NCBI GenBank assembly: GCA_963682135.1
Contig: OY821645.1
Coordinates: 384,001 to 448,000 of the forward strand
Source: Methanothrix sp.
Lineage (GTDB): Archaea > Halobacteriota > Methanosarcinia > Methanotrichales > Methanotrichaceae
DNA: 64,000 nucleotides
Direction: 5' to 3'
The notes under the pieces were generated by a model. That model saw only the letters and a program-made list of their open reading frames with translations, was not told the DNA's origin and searched no databases. Numbering within the stretch: the first letter of the stretch is position 1; each line of letters opens with the position of its first letter. Made by a program: the position numbers and the translations under genes. Shown here one piece after another: positions 30,710 through 40,198 of this stretch.

Positions 30710-32707
30710 GTGAATGATGTTACTTGGCTACATTTATCTGATTTTCATTTTAATATTCGTGCCAAAAATGATTCTGAAATAGTTCTCGAAAGATTATTAG
30801 ATGATATTCGAGATTGCATATCATGCTACTCTCTTAATTTAAATTTTATAATTATATCAGGTGATATTGCTTTTAGTGGTAAAACGGAAGAGTATGATTT
30901 GGCAGCAAAATTCTTTGACAAGCTTCTGACTATAACTGGTTTAACACCAGATTATCTCTTTATGGTCCCAGGCAATCATGATGTTGATAGAAACGAAATA
31001 ACTGAACTTTCGTCAAAAATTACAAATTTTGAAAGCCGAAAAGAAGTAAATAGATTTTTAGATTGTGAAAAGGATCTACGAAATGTTCTTTCTAAGTTAA
31101 AGAATTACCAAAATTTTCTCGGCAAATATCAAGCCGAGACTCAAGAAATCATCGATAATGGTCAATATTTTTATGTTAAGCATATTAATATTAATGAAAA
31201 CGACGTCGCTATATTATGTCTCAATTCATCGTGGGCTTCAGGTCCTGATGATAAAAAAGGAAAGCTCATCGTAGGTGATAGGCAAATCATTGATTCAATC
31301 AAACAATCAGATGAAGCAGATTTGCGGCTAGCTGTATTGCATCATCCGCTCGATTGGCTAAAGGAGTTTGACCTAAAGTCCACAAGAAATAATTTATTAA
31401 AAAAATGTATGTTTGTCTTGCATGGGCATAATCATAATTCTGATTTCATTAAAGAGCTTGGTCCAAGTGCTGGAGTGATAAAAATAGCTGCAGGAGCTGC
31501 ATATGAATCAAGGGACTATCCCAATTCATACAATTTTGTAACCGTAAACCTCCAAGACCGAAATGGGAAAATATATTTTAGAACATATGCAGAAGATGGT
31601 GAATATTGGACAAAAAATGTCATGATATCCAAGGAAATGGACAACGGAATATACGAATTTGAATTACCTGCTGATATAAAGAACTTTTCCATACGTAGAC
31701 AAAAAATAAAAATCATAAGCGATACAAATCGCGAAAAGATGAATAGAAAAGCGGATATTCTGCAAAAAAACCCACAGTTTGGGCTTTTTGAGGGTATAAT
31801 TGATGACACAATAAAATTGAATAGTGCAAAAAATATATCTGATGCTGAAAGAGATTATACTGTTGAAATTATAAAACGCTTGGTTTCTGCAATAGAAAAC
31901 GGAGAAGAATGTTTTATTGAACTTTACGGCAAAATTGCCTTGGGATTTATGCCTGATGACTTAGAAATCATACTAGGTCATGATAAAGTCAAAAAATGCC
32001 CGGAGTCGATCGCTAAAATATTCTGGAATAACCAAAACGATGTCTTGAAAGGATTTGGTAATTATATACCAGTCGTATTAGTTGTCATGAATAGAGCAGA
32101 AGCAGAATTTCTAGCCAATAATAATCCTTATGAGTGCGAAGCCGCTAAACTCAAAAGGGAATTTTTATTCTTCCGTGAATTATTAAAAAATAATTGGCAT
32201 CTCAAATACAATGCCCATTCTAAAGATTGGCTGCCATTTAATGGAAGCAAGAATACTATAGAAAAGCTAATAATATATTCTCTCGTCAAATTTAGCAATT
32301 ATGAAAAACCAATTGTACCTATATTTATAAGCTTAAACGATATTATTCATCCAGCATACCGTTATGGACTAAATATCTTGAGGCAAAATGGGTGCGTGGT
32401 CGTCGTTGATCCAATTTCGTTAAGGCATCCTGAACTGCAACGGAATTTTCGGAAATCATCTCTTGACCTTTTTTCAAATACACTTGTAGCCAAGATCTCT
32501 GATTTAGATGACGACTCAATGATAATACACAGACTATCGCATATTTTTGAAAGATATGAGGACTTAGAGCTGTATAAAAGAAACAATATTGACCATGATG
32601 CTAAATGTATGGGATTTAAGGAAGAAAATGCATTTGTTGTATGGTTAGCAGATCGCCTTACATCAGGTGGAATTCACACATATTTCTTTGATGCGGAGGA
32701 AGCATGA
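30710..32707 (+). CDS. Calcineurin-like metallophosphoesterase fused to an FxsC-like C-terminal region
   Basis: HLSDFH, SGDIA, PGNHD, HHP and HGHNH motifs. C-terminal IPVVLVVM...DWLPF...VVVVDPISL. AT-rich. Confidence 0.8.
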   Translation: MNDVTWLHLSDFHFNIRAKNDSEIVLERLLDDIRDCISCYSLNLNFIIISGDIAFSGKTEEYDLAAKFFDKLLTITGLTPDYLFMVPGNHDVDRNEITELSSKITNFESRKEVNRFLDCEKDLRNVLSKLKNYQNFLGKYQAETQEIIDNGQYFYVKHININENDVAILCLNSSWASGPDDKKGKLIVGDRQIIDSIKQSDEADLRLAVLHHPLDWLKEFDLKSTRNNLLKKCMFVLHGHNHNSDFIKELGPSAGVIKIAAGAAYESRDYPNSYNFVTVNLQDRNGKIYFRTYAEDGEYWTKNVMISKEMDNGIYEFELPADIKNFSIRRQKIKIISDTNREKMNRKADILQKNPQFGLFEGIIDDTIKLNSAKNISDAERDYTVEIIKRLVSAIENGEECFIELYGKIALGFMPDDLEIILGHDKVKKCPESIAKIFWNNQNDVLKGFGNYIPVVLVVMNRAEAEFLANNNPYECEAAKLKREFLFFRELLKNNWHLKYNAHSKDWLPFNGSKNTIEKLIIYSLVKFSNYEKPIVPIFISLNDIIHPAYRYGLNILRQNGCVVVVDPISLRHPELQRNFRKSSLDLFSNTLVAKISDLDDDSMIIHRLSHIFERYEDLELYKRNNIDHDAKCMGFKEENAFVVWLADRLTSGGIHTYFFDAEEA

Positions 32708-32708
32708 A

Positions 32709-35700
32709 ATGATTTGCACATTCTATTCATTTAAAGGTGGCGTTGGCCGTTCAATGGCACTGGCAAATATTGCAGAACTGTTATATAAGAAAGGCCTAAG
32801 TGTACTAATGGTAGATTTTGATCTTGAAGCACCTGGATTGGATGATTATTTTAAGAGCAATGATGACCATGAGTACCACTCTGATTTATCAAGTAAGAGA
32901 GGGCTAATTGATCTTCTAAGTGCATATAAGAAATCTGTAGCGTATATGGATCTATATCCAGAAGCGAAAGGAAAAATGGAATCTGAAAAATTGGATGACA
33001 TGAGATTTAATAGACGCGATGTACCACTAGAATCATTTAAAAATTTTATTACTACAATATATAAAGAAGATACAAGTGCTGGCTCTCTATATCTCATGAC
33101 TGCTGGAAAGAGAAATGATTCAAATTTGACCGCATATGCTAATGCGGTTCGATCTTTTGACTGGGAAGAATTTTATAAAAAATTTTATGGAGAAGAATTT
33201 TTTGAATGGTTTAGGGATGAAGCAGAGTCTATAGCTGATATAGTGCTAATCGATAGTCGTACAGGCATTACTGAGATCGGAGGAGTATCCACCTATCATT
33301 TGGCAGATATGGTGATCTTCTTTATAGCGCCAAACCAACAAAATATTAATGGAATAAGCTTAATGGCAAAAAGCCTTACAAATCCTGACTTGATAGAGAA
33401 AGGACGAAATGGCAGACCAATATCGTTGATATTTGTACCAAGTCGAGTTGAGAGGAGCGAGGCTAAAAGACTAGATAAATTTGAAAAATTATTTGAAAAA
33501 TTTAATAAATATGTATCTAGAAAAATAGTATTTGATTACAGCCCATTCATCGATTTGCAGATACCGTATGTTCCTTACTATTCTTACATGGAGAATTTGG
33601 CGGCACGAGAGCCAAAATCAGCTAGCTCACATGAGCTAATTCAATCTTATGAAAGAATAATCGATATAATTTCGCAGCACGCCCCAAAAGACTCGATATT
33701 TTATAAATTAATGCTTATATCTTCGAATCCTAAACTATCAAGTATAGCAAGTCAGCCAATCATGTCGAAGCTGCTCCTCACAGCGATAGATGAGACAACT
33801 ATCGACATGTTGAGCAATAAATCTCAAATATATTTATACGCAACAAAAAAAATTATTTTAGAAAACTTACCTACTAATCAAGTGCTTAAATCTTTGTCCG
33901 AAAAATTGTATTTTTATTGCGAGATTGCCTGGGAGATAATCTTGTTAGGTCGCACTAAGATCAGATTCGATGAATTTCCTCAACAAATAAGAGACTTTCT
34001 AAGCAAAGATTCAAATGCTAATTTTGAAGAATCGATAATTTCTAGTTTGATCAATAAATATATTTTCTTGAGGGATCTAACAGGAAATTATCATTTCGCT
34101 ACAAATGATTTATTAGGATATTTTGTCGCCCTTAAACTGGCATATGAAATTAATTGTTTGGACCCAGAATATTTGCGCGTGTACAGCGAATCGGATAGAA
34201 AATCATTGGAAATATCCTATTGGAAAAAGAATGCAGATATTAATGAACTATTATCAGGCACTTTCGGAATGAAATCCTTTAAAAATGTTGATATGCAAAT
34301 AGTTCGCGAGAATCTATTAGAATTGTTATCGATAAATGCCTTAACTTATTTAAGAAATGCTATTACACCGTTGGATAGGTCTCGATCCGAAGAAACCAAT
34401 TATTTCATTAGTAATATCGAAATAATACTTCAGGATATTGGAGCAGTTCGGCCTTTTAGGTATATCGATACAGTTCAATTAATAAAAATGCCTGAAACTC
34501 TTATTCCACCGAAGCCTGCAGGCATCGATAAAATGGTAGCGGCTTTAAGGCAATCGGGAATATTTGTAAATTGGGATAGTAGCTTACAAGAGAAGAAGGA
34601 AATTAATATACCTGGATATCACGAGGCAATAGAATCATTTATTATGGTTCAGAAGGATCAAACGTTGGATGAAGCGCTTGATATTGCACGTTCAGCATTA
34701 TCCCTCAATTCTGGACTTAGGGATTACTGTTTAGCAGTTCATGCGTTTGCAGGACTTCAGGCATTATATCTGCGAAAATTTAACGATGCAAAAAGATATT
34801 TTGATCTATATTTTAATATTGGTGGCAATGAATCGTGGTATCATTTAAAATTAGGTCTTGTAAACCTCTACAGCGGAGATATTGATGTTGCAAGAGATCA
34901 GGCAACACTTGTGACCTCTTCGGATGATTTCAGAATGAAAGGGCGCGCGTACTTATTGCTTGGTATATTGGACCGTAATGATAATAACCATAATGAAGCA
35001 ATAGCAAAATACAAAGATGCATTGGAGATATTTTATAATATTGGTGATAGATATCATGCAGGAATGACTCTTGCTAATCTGGGTATTACTTATCGGCTAA
35101 AAAATGAAATAGAAAATTCACTTGCCTGCTATAAGGAAGCCCTAAGCATTTTTGGAGATAAAGGTGAATATAAATATCGAAAAGCATGTGTTTTAGCCAG
35201 ACTCGGTACATTGTATAGAATCATGCAAAACTATGATAATTCATTGCTGAATTATCAAGAATCAATTGCTATTTTTAGAGATTTTGAAGATGAAATTCGG
35301 GTGGGGCTAGTTTTTAAAGAAATAGGAATAACATATTTGCTAGTGGGCCGAATGGAAGATGCCATAGATAATAACAATATGGCACTGCAGATATTTGAGA
35401 AATACGAAAATTCCTATATAACGAAGGATTTGAGGGACCATGAAGGTATATACTCTCGCAAAGGGCAAGTAACATACAATTTAGGTCTTGCATATTTTAT
35501 GCAAGGTAAGTGGAATGAAGCCGAGAGATATTTTAGATCCTCTCTCAGAATATTTCATGAGGTCAAGGATTCAATCCATACATGTATGTCATTAATTAGT
35601 CTTGGGTCAGCCTTGAGAATGAAAGATGAATATAAGGCAGCATATATAGTTCTGAATGAAGCCCTTGACATTATAAGAGAAACCTCAGATATATCAAGAG

Positions 35701-36845
35701 AAGGCCAAATACTGACAAAACTCGGAGGAGTATGTCGCCAATTGCACCTTTATAAAGAAGCGATCAAGAATTATGAACGATCCCTAAAGATAGCAAAAGA
35801 ATTGGATGACGCTCAATGGGAGGGAAAAATCCTATTGGAACTTGGTACTGTATATAAGAAGCTAAATAATTTTGATCAAGCAATTAAATATTATGATAGA
35901 TCTATCGAAATATTTTCTCAGAACAATGACAAAGCAAAAACGAACTTAGTTAAGAGTCAAAAAGCAGAAATATCACTAATGATAGGAGATTTTGACAATG
36001 CTCTTTATCTCATCGATCAATCGATAAAAGAAATTGATGCAGACAGTGTGTCATCTAAAGAAGATGGTTTTTTATTAGAAGATATTCAGATAATTGATGG
36101 GATTAAAGACACAGGAATAGATATAAAAGAATTCAATTCAGCAATTAAAAAAATTAGTGAACTCGGTGGAAAATCCCTTGAGGGAAAAATAAATAGAGTT
36201 CTTGGATTGATTTATCTGAGAATGGGCCAATTCGAAAATGCGATAGATTATCTGAATCAGAGCTTAGATATATTTAATCAAATTGATGACCGGAGTCAAC
36301 AAGGCAAGGCATATTGTCATATTGGCCAAGCTTTATCTGGCGCAAAAAGTTTTAAAAAATCAATTGAAAGCATCAATTACTCAATTAGTATTTTCGATGA
36401 TCTAAATGATTCCATACGTAAGAGTTGGGCAGTCGAACAACTTGGAAATGTGTACCTAAAAATGAGGCGCTGGGATGATGCTACTGACGTGTATAAGAGG
36501 GCGTTACTGATCGGTTCTACCTCAAAATACATTCATTTGGCACTTGCTATTTGCTATTTAAATCTTGGTAAAGATGAAGAATTTAATGAAGAATGTACAA
36601 ACGCATCACATTTAATGAAAGGTGAATCGCAAACGATTTACGATTCCCTCAGATTAAAAGCCGTTTGTGGTGACAAGAACGATGCATTGGATTTCTTGGA
36701 AGTAGCCCTTGAAAAGTCACAAGTAAATATAGACATCATTAAAAGGGACACATTTTTAATCTTTATCCAAAATGAACCGAGGTTTCTTAAGCTAGTAAAT
36801 AGATATGCAAATATCGACTATTTTGACATGATATCATTTATGTAA
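32709..36845 (+). CDS. KGGVGR-motif ParA/MinD-like ATPase + degenerate NACHT winged-helix + long TPR array
   Basis: MICTFYSFKGGVGRSMALANIA, VDFDLEAPGL and LIDSRTG. Central YHFATNDLLGYFVA; many TPRs. ATG 32709 lies 1 nt after the upstream stop, with a GGAGG RBS. Confidence 0.85.
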   Translation: MICTFYSFKGGVGRSMALANIAELLYKKGLSVLMVDFDLEAPGLDDYFKSNDDHEYHSDLSSKRGLIDLLSAYKKSVAYMDLYPEAKGKMESEKLDDMRFNRRDVPLESFKNFITTIYKEDTSAGSLYLMTAGKRNDSNLTAYANAVRSFDWEEFYKKFYGEEFFEWFRDEAESIADIVLIDSRTGITEIGGVSTYHLADMVIFFIAPNQQNINGISLMAKSLTNPDLIEKGRNGRPISLIFVPSRVERSEAKRLDKFEKLFEKFNKYVSRKIVFDYSPFIDLQIPYVPYYSYMENLAAREPKSASSHELIQSYERIIDIISQHAPKDSIFYKLMLISSNPKLSSIASQPIMSKLLLTAIDETTIDMLSNKSQIYLYATKKIILENLPTNQVLKSLSEKLYFYCEIAWEIILLGRTKIRFDEFPQQIRDFLSKDSNANFEESIISSLINKYIFLRDLTGNYHFATNDLLGYFVALKLAYEINCLDPEYLRVYSESDRKSLEISYWKKNADINELLSGTFGMKSFKNVDMQIVRENLLELLSINALTYLRNAITPLDRSRSEETNYFISNIEIILQDIGAVRPFRYIDTVQLIKMPETLIPPKPAGIDKMVAALRQSGIFVNWDSSLQEKKEINIPGYHEAIESFIMVQKDQTLDEALDIARSALSLNSGLRDYCLAVHAFAGLQALYLRKFNDAKRYFDLYFNIGGNESWYHLKLGLVNLYSGDIDVARDQATLVTSSDDFRMKGRAYLLLGILDRNDNNHNEAIAKYKDALEIFYNIGDRYHAGMTLANLGITYRLKNEIENSLACYKEALSIFGDKGEYKYRKACVLARLGTLYRIMQNYDNSLLNYQESIAIFRDFEDEIRVGLVFKEIGITYLLVGRMEDAIDNNNMALQIFEKYENSYITKDLRDHEGIYSRKGQVTYNLGLAYFMQGKWNEAERYFRSSLRIFHEVKDSIHTCMSLISLGSALRMKDEYKAAYIVLNEALDIIRETSDISREGQILTKLGGVCRQLHLYKEAIKNYERSLKIAKELDDAQWEGKILLELGTVYKKLNNFDQAIKYYDRSIEIFSQNNDKAKTNLVKSQKAEISLMIGDFDNALYLIDQSIKEIDADSVSSKEDGFLLEDIQIIDGIKDTGIDIKEFNSAIKKISELGGKSLEGKINRVLGLIYLRMGQFENAIDYLNQSLDIFNQIDDRSQQGKAYCHIGQALSGAKSFKKSIESINYSISIFDDLNDSIRKSWAVEQLGNVYLKMRRWDDATDVYKRALLIGSTSKYIHLALAICYLNLGKDEEFNEECTNASHLMKGESQTIYDSLRLKAVCGDKNDALDFLEVALEKSQVNIDIIKRDTFLIFIQNEPRFLKLVNRYANIDYFDMISFM

Positions 36846-36987
36846 TATTATTTATTTTTGATGAATACCCAGCAGCTTGCTGCGCGGGTGCGCCGCCGCA
36901 ATTTCACTATAATTGAATATTCAGTTTAATAAAATTTTAGTGGGCCCATTAAATCCCACCAATGAGCATTTTAGCACTCATGACTTA

Positions 36988-37392
36988 TCAAGCCACCTGT
37001 TTCCCCGCCGCCGGTCCCCACATGGCATTGTAGATCTCTGTGATCTTAACCACGGCGCAGCTCTTGGCAGGCAGCTTGTTGTTGATGGCATGCACCCAGG
37101 CCCGCATGGCTTCGAAATCCGGCCCTTCTTTGGTAACTGTGACGTTGCCCTTGATCTGGAAGGACTTCTTTGTATCTCCGTTGTAGCAGAGGATGGATAT
37201 CTTGGGATTCTCGGCCAGGTTCTGGGCAGTCTTGTAGAAGAAGTTGTCCGCGAGCATGAGCGTCTCATCGTCTATGATCTTCATGAGCCCCACAAAGACC
37301 ACATTGGGCATGCCGTTCTTGCTGGCTGTGGCAATGGGTATGGGCTTTTGCTTCTCCAGGGTTTCTCGAACTTCCGCTGACATCTTTACCAT
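36988..37392 (-). CDS. Pyridoxamine 5'-phosphate oxidase-like FMN-binding protein
   Basis: IATASKNGMPNV, ADNFFYKTAQNLAENP and SFQIKG motifs. Confidence 0.85.
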   Translation of the reverse strand: MVKMSAEVRETLEKQKPIPIATASKNGMPNVVFVGLMKIIDDETLMLADNFFYKTAQNLAENPKISILCYNGDTKKSFQIKGNVTVTKEGPDFEAMRAWVHAINNKLPAKSCAVVKITEIYNAMWGPAAGKQVA

Positions 37393-37913
37393 TTAAAATC
37401 ACCTGGCTTATGGATTGGATGCAATTTATTTAGCTCTATCGTTTCTTGCGTCTGTGGATTTGCAGCAGTTCTCCATCAACAAAGATGAAATCCAAGGAGC
37501 AACCTTAATCTTGAACTATGGTGAAAAAAGCAAAGGATTAGGTGAGAGGTGGGCCGCATGGTGGGAGGTCTGCCAGAGACTGATGGGTTGTGGTATGAGA
37601 TCATAGAGTAACGGTCTCACGTGAAGCCTTGACTGGCGCGAAGATACTACTAAACCAGGATCATCGACCTCAGGCACTATTCTGCAATAGAGTTTTTCGA
37701 TAATGCATTATTCGAGGGACTTGATGAAATGATACGCATTATCAGTTGAGGCAGAAATCAATATGCTTGGGGTAAAAATTGCACATCCTTCATCGAGACT
37801 TCGCGGCTTCGCGCCTTCGCGTGAGCCAGTCGTGATTCGAAGGTGCAAAAAGTTCGAAAAAGGCAACCTTAGTCGGGACGCCGATCATTTTGCCAGTGAT
37901 GAAAATGAATGAT

Positions 37914-39320
37914 TCACCTACAGGTTTGCCCATTTTCCCTGCACGCCCTAATGAACTCCGCTGGAAATCCCCGGAAGGACGCGCTGTGGATATGGGTGTA
38001 GCTGGCCACCATATTCCCTTCGCACATTCCGTCCCAGCCATCCTTGATTCCCGTGCCCCGATTCAAACGGATGGCGTACTTGACCCCTTCATCCATCTGC
38101 ATCTCAGAGTGGTGAAACTCATGTCCCATGATGGCCTCGCCCACCTTTCCCAGAGCACAGTCTCTGGCGAAGGTCCCATGCACGTAGCTGACGACGCGCG
38201 TGCTGCCCCGCCGCGCTTTGCCCGGAACCAGCCCGACCATCTCCTGTCGCTCGCCGTCCCACTCGATCTCCCGCGCCAGGTACATCAGCCCGCCGCACTC
38301 CGCGTAGATAGGCAGATCTCTCTCATGCGCCTTTTCCAGCGCCCGGCGCATGCCATCATTTTCGGACAGCTCCCGGGCGTACAGCTCCGGATAGCCGCCG
38401 CCGATATAGATGCCGTCCACCTGGGGGAGCGCTGCGTCATGAACCGGGCTGAAGGGCACTACCTTTGCCCCGGCCAGCTCCATCATCTCCAGGTTATCCC
38501 GGTAATAGAAATTGAAAGCCTCATCCTGAGCCACGCCGATACGTAGACCCTGGCCCAGGGAATTTTGCCGGTAGAGATCCGCTTCGACTTCGGGCAGAGG
38601 CTCTGCCTCCCTGGCAATCTCCATGATGCGATCCAGGTTCAGGCCCTCCTCCACGATCTGGCGGATCTTGTCTACCCGTTCCTGGAAACCTTCGTGCCTG
38701 GTCTTGCCCTCCAGAACGGGCACCAGACCCAGGTGGCGCATGGCCAGGTGCATATCCTCATTTCGCCGGATGACGCCCACCACTTCCAGGCCTGCGTAGC
38801 GCTCAATCTCCTTGATCGCCTTCTGGGCATGCCTTTCCGACCCGACTTTATTGAGAATTACCCCTTTGAATTGTACTTCCGGGTCAAAGTCCATGTAGCC
38901 TTTGACAATGGCCGCGCAGCTTCGCGTGATGCTTCTGGCATCAACCACGAAGATCACCGGAACCTGCAGAAGCTTGGCGATCTGCGCCGTGCTGCCCAGG
39001 TCTTCATCATAGCCCTCGTAAAGGCCGCGCACACCCTCGATCACCGCGATGTCCGCGCCCTCTGCGGCATGGGCATAGATCTCTCTGACTGCTGCCTGCG
39101 TCATCAGGTAGCCGTCCAGATTGCGGCAACTTCTGCCTGTGATCCAGGTGTGGTAGCTGGGATCGATGTAGTCCATGGCCACCTTAAAGGGTTGCACTTG
39201 CAGGCACCGGCCTCGCAGGGCAGAAAGCAGACCGGCTACAATGGTGGTCTTGCCGCTGGAGCTTCGATCGCCTGCTATGAGTATACGTGGACAGTCGGCT
39301 CGCATTTTATTGTCTCCCAC
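37914..39320 (-). CDS. cfbB: Ni-sirohydrochlorin a,c-diamide synthase (CbiA/CobB family, F430 biosynthesis)
   Basis: AGDRSSSGKTT, DYIDP, EGVRGLYEG, AECGGLMYL and GHEFH motifs; adjacent to a NifH-like gene. Confidence 0.78.
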   Translation of the reverse strand: MGDNKMRADCPRILIAGDRSSSGKTTIVAGLLSALRGRCLQVQPFKVAMDYIDPSYHTWITGRSCRNLDGYLMTQAAVREIYAHAAEGADIAVIEGVRGLYEGYDEDLGSTAQIAKLLQVPVIFVVDARSITRSCAAIVKGYMDFDPEVQFKGVILNKVGSERHAQKAIKEIERYAGLEVVGVIRRNEDMHLAMRHLGLVPVLEGKTRHEGFQERVDKIRQIVEEGLNLDRIMEIAREAEPLPEVEADLYRQNSLGQGLRIGVAQDEAFNFYYRDNLEMMELAGAKVVPFSPVHDAALPQVDGIYIGGGYPELYARELSENDGMRRALEKAHERDLPIYAECGGLMYLAREIEWDGERQEMVGLVPGKARRGSTRVVSYVHGTFARDCALGKVGEAIMGHEFHHSEMQMDEGVKYAIRLNRGTGIKDGWDGMCEGNMVASYTHIHSASFRGFPAEFIRACRENGQTCR

Positions 39321-39327
39321 TCATGGC

Positions 39328-40128
39328 TCACTCCACAGAGAGCTCTCGAAGTCTCTCATCGCTCAGTGGATGCGGCACCTGCAGTTGTGCTCCCGACATG
39401 ATCTCCCTGGCCAGAGCTCGGTAGACATCGGCTATACCCGAGGCCGGCGCACCCTCGATCACAGTTACCGCTCTCCTCTCGCACTGCTGCACTATTGGGT
39501 CTTTGGGGATGAAGGCTACCAGTCGGCTGTTCAACTCCTCTGCAAATCTCTCTGCAATCTCTTTTTCCCGTCCGGCGGCAGCCTCGCGCGAGTTGCAGAT
39601 CACTCCTGCCAGTGGGGTATTCAGACGGCGTAGGCCTTTGCTGATGTTATTCGCAGCATAAAGCGGCATGTACTCGCCAGAGGTTATGATGTAAGCCTGG
39701 CTCACCAAGCCCTTTCGGATAGGTGCAGAGAATCCGCCGCATACAATGTCCCCCGGAACATCGTACAGCACCAGATCCACATTTTCCATGGCCTTGGAGA
39801 CCTTGCGCAAGAAATCGATGGCAACGATTATTCCCCGTCCGGCGCATCCAACACCTGGCTCCGGGCCGCCTACCTCAATGCATAAGACGCCCTTGTATCC
39901 TGGAAAAACGACATCTTTCTCCCGGATCTCCCCACCTGCCAGGATGAGGTCCATCATGGTGGGAATCCTTTTGCCCACCAATGTTATGCTCGAGTCGCTC
40001 TTGGGATCGCAGCCCACCATCAGTACCCTGTGGCCCTCTTCAGCACAGGCGGCGGCGATGTTCGAGGCTGTGCACGACTTGCCGATACCGCCTTTGCCGT
40101 ATATCGCAACGTGTTTAATAGATGACAT
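39328..40128 (-). CDS. cfbC: NifH-like ATP-dependent reductase (Ni-sirohydrochlorin diamide reductive cyclase subunit)
   Basis: [29 protein letters not shown] and DIVCGGF motifs; no nifDK nearby. Confidence 0.75.
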   Translation of the reverse strand: MSSIKHVAIYGKGGIGKSCTASNIAAACAEEGHRVLMVGCDPKSDSSITLVGKRIPTMMDLILAGGEIREKDVVFPGYKGVLCIEVGGPEPGVGCAGRGIIVAIDFLRKVSKAMENVDLVLYDVPGDIVCGGFSAPIRKGLVSQAYIITSGEYMPLYAANNISKGLRRLNTPLAGVICNSREAAAGREKEIAERFAEELNSRLVAFIPKDPIVQQCERRAVTVIEGAPASGIADVYRALAREIMSGAQLQVPHPLSDERLRELSVE

Positions 40129-40198
40129 CTAACTCCGCTTGGCTTGTAGATCCTCCATAGGATATACAGCTTATCCAGGAATGATTCTTGAGAGGTAG

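Noticed and set aside
39328-40128. Nitrogenase (nifH) call
   Set aside because: No nifDK; adjacency to the amidase gene fits F430 biosynthesis better.
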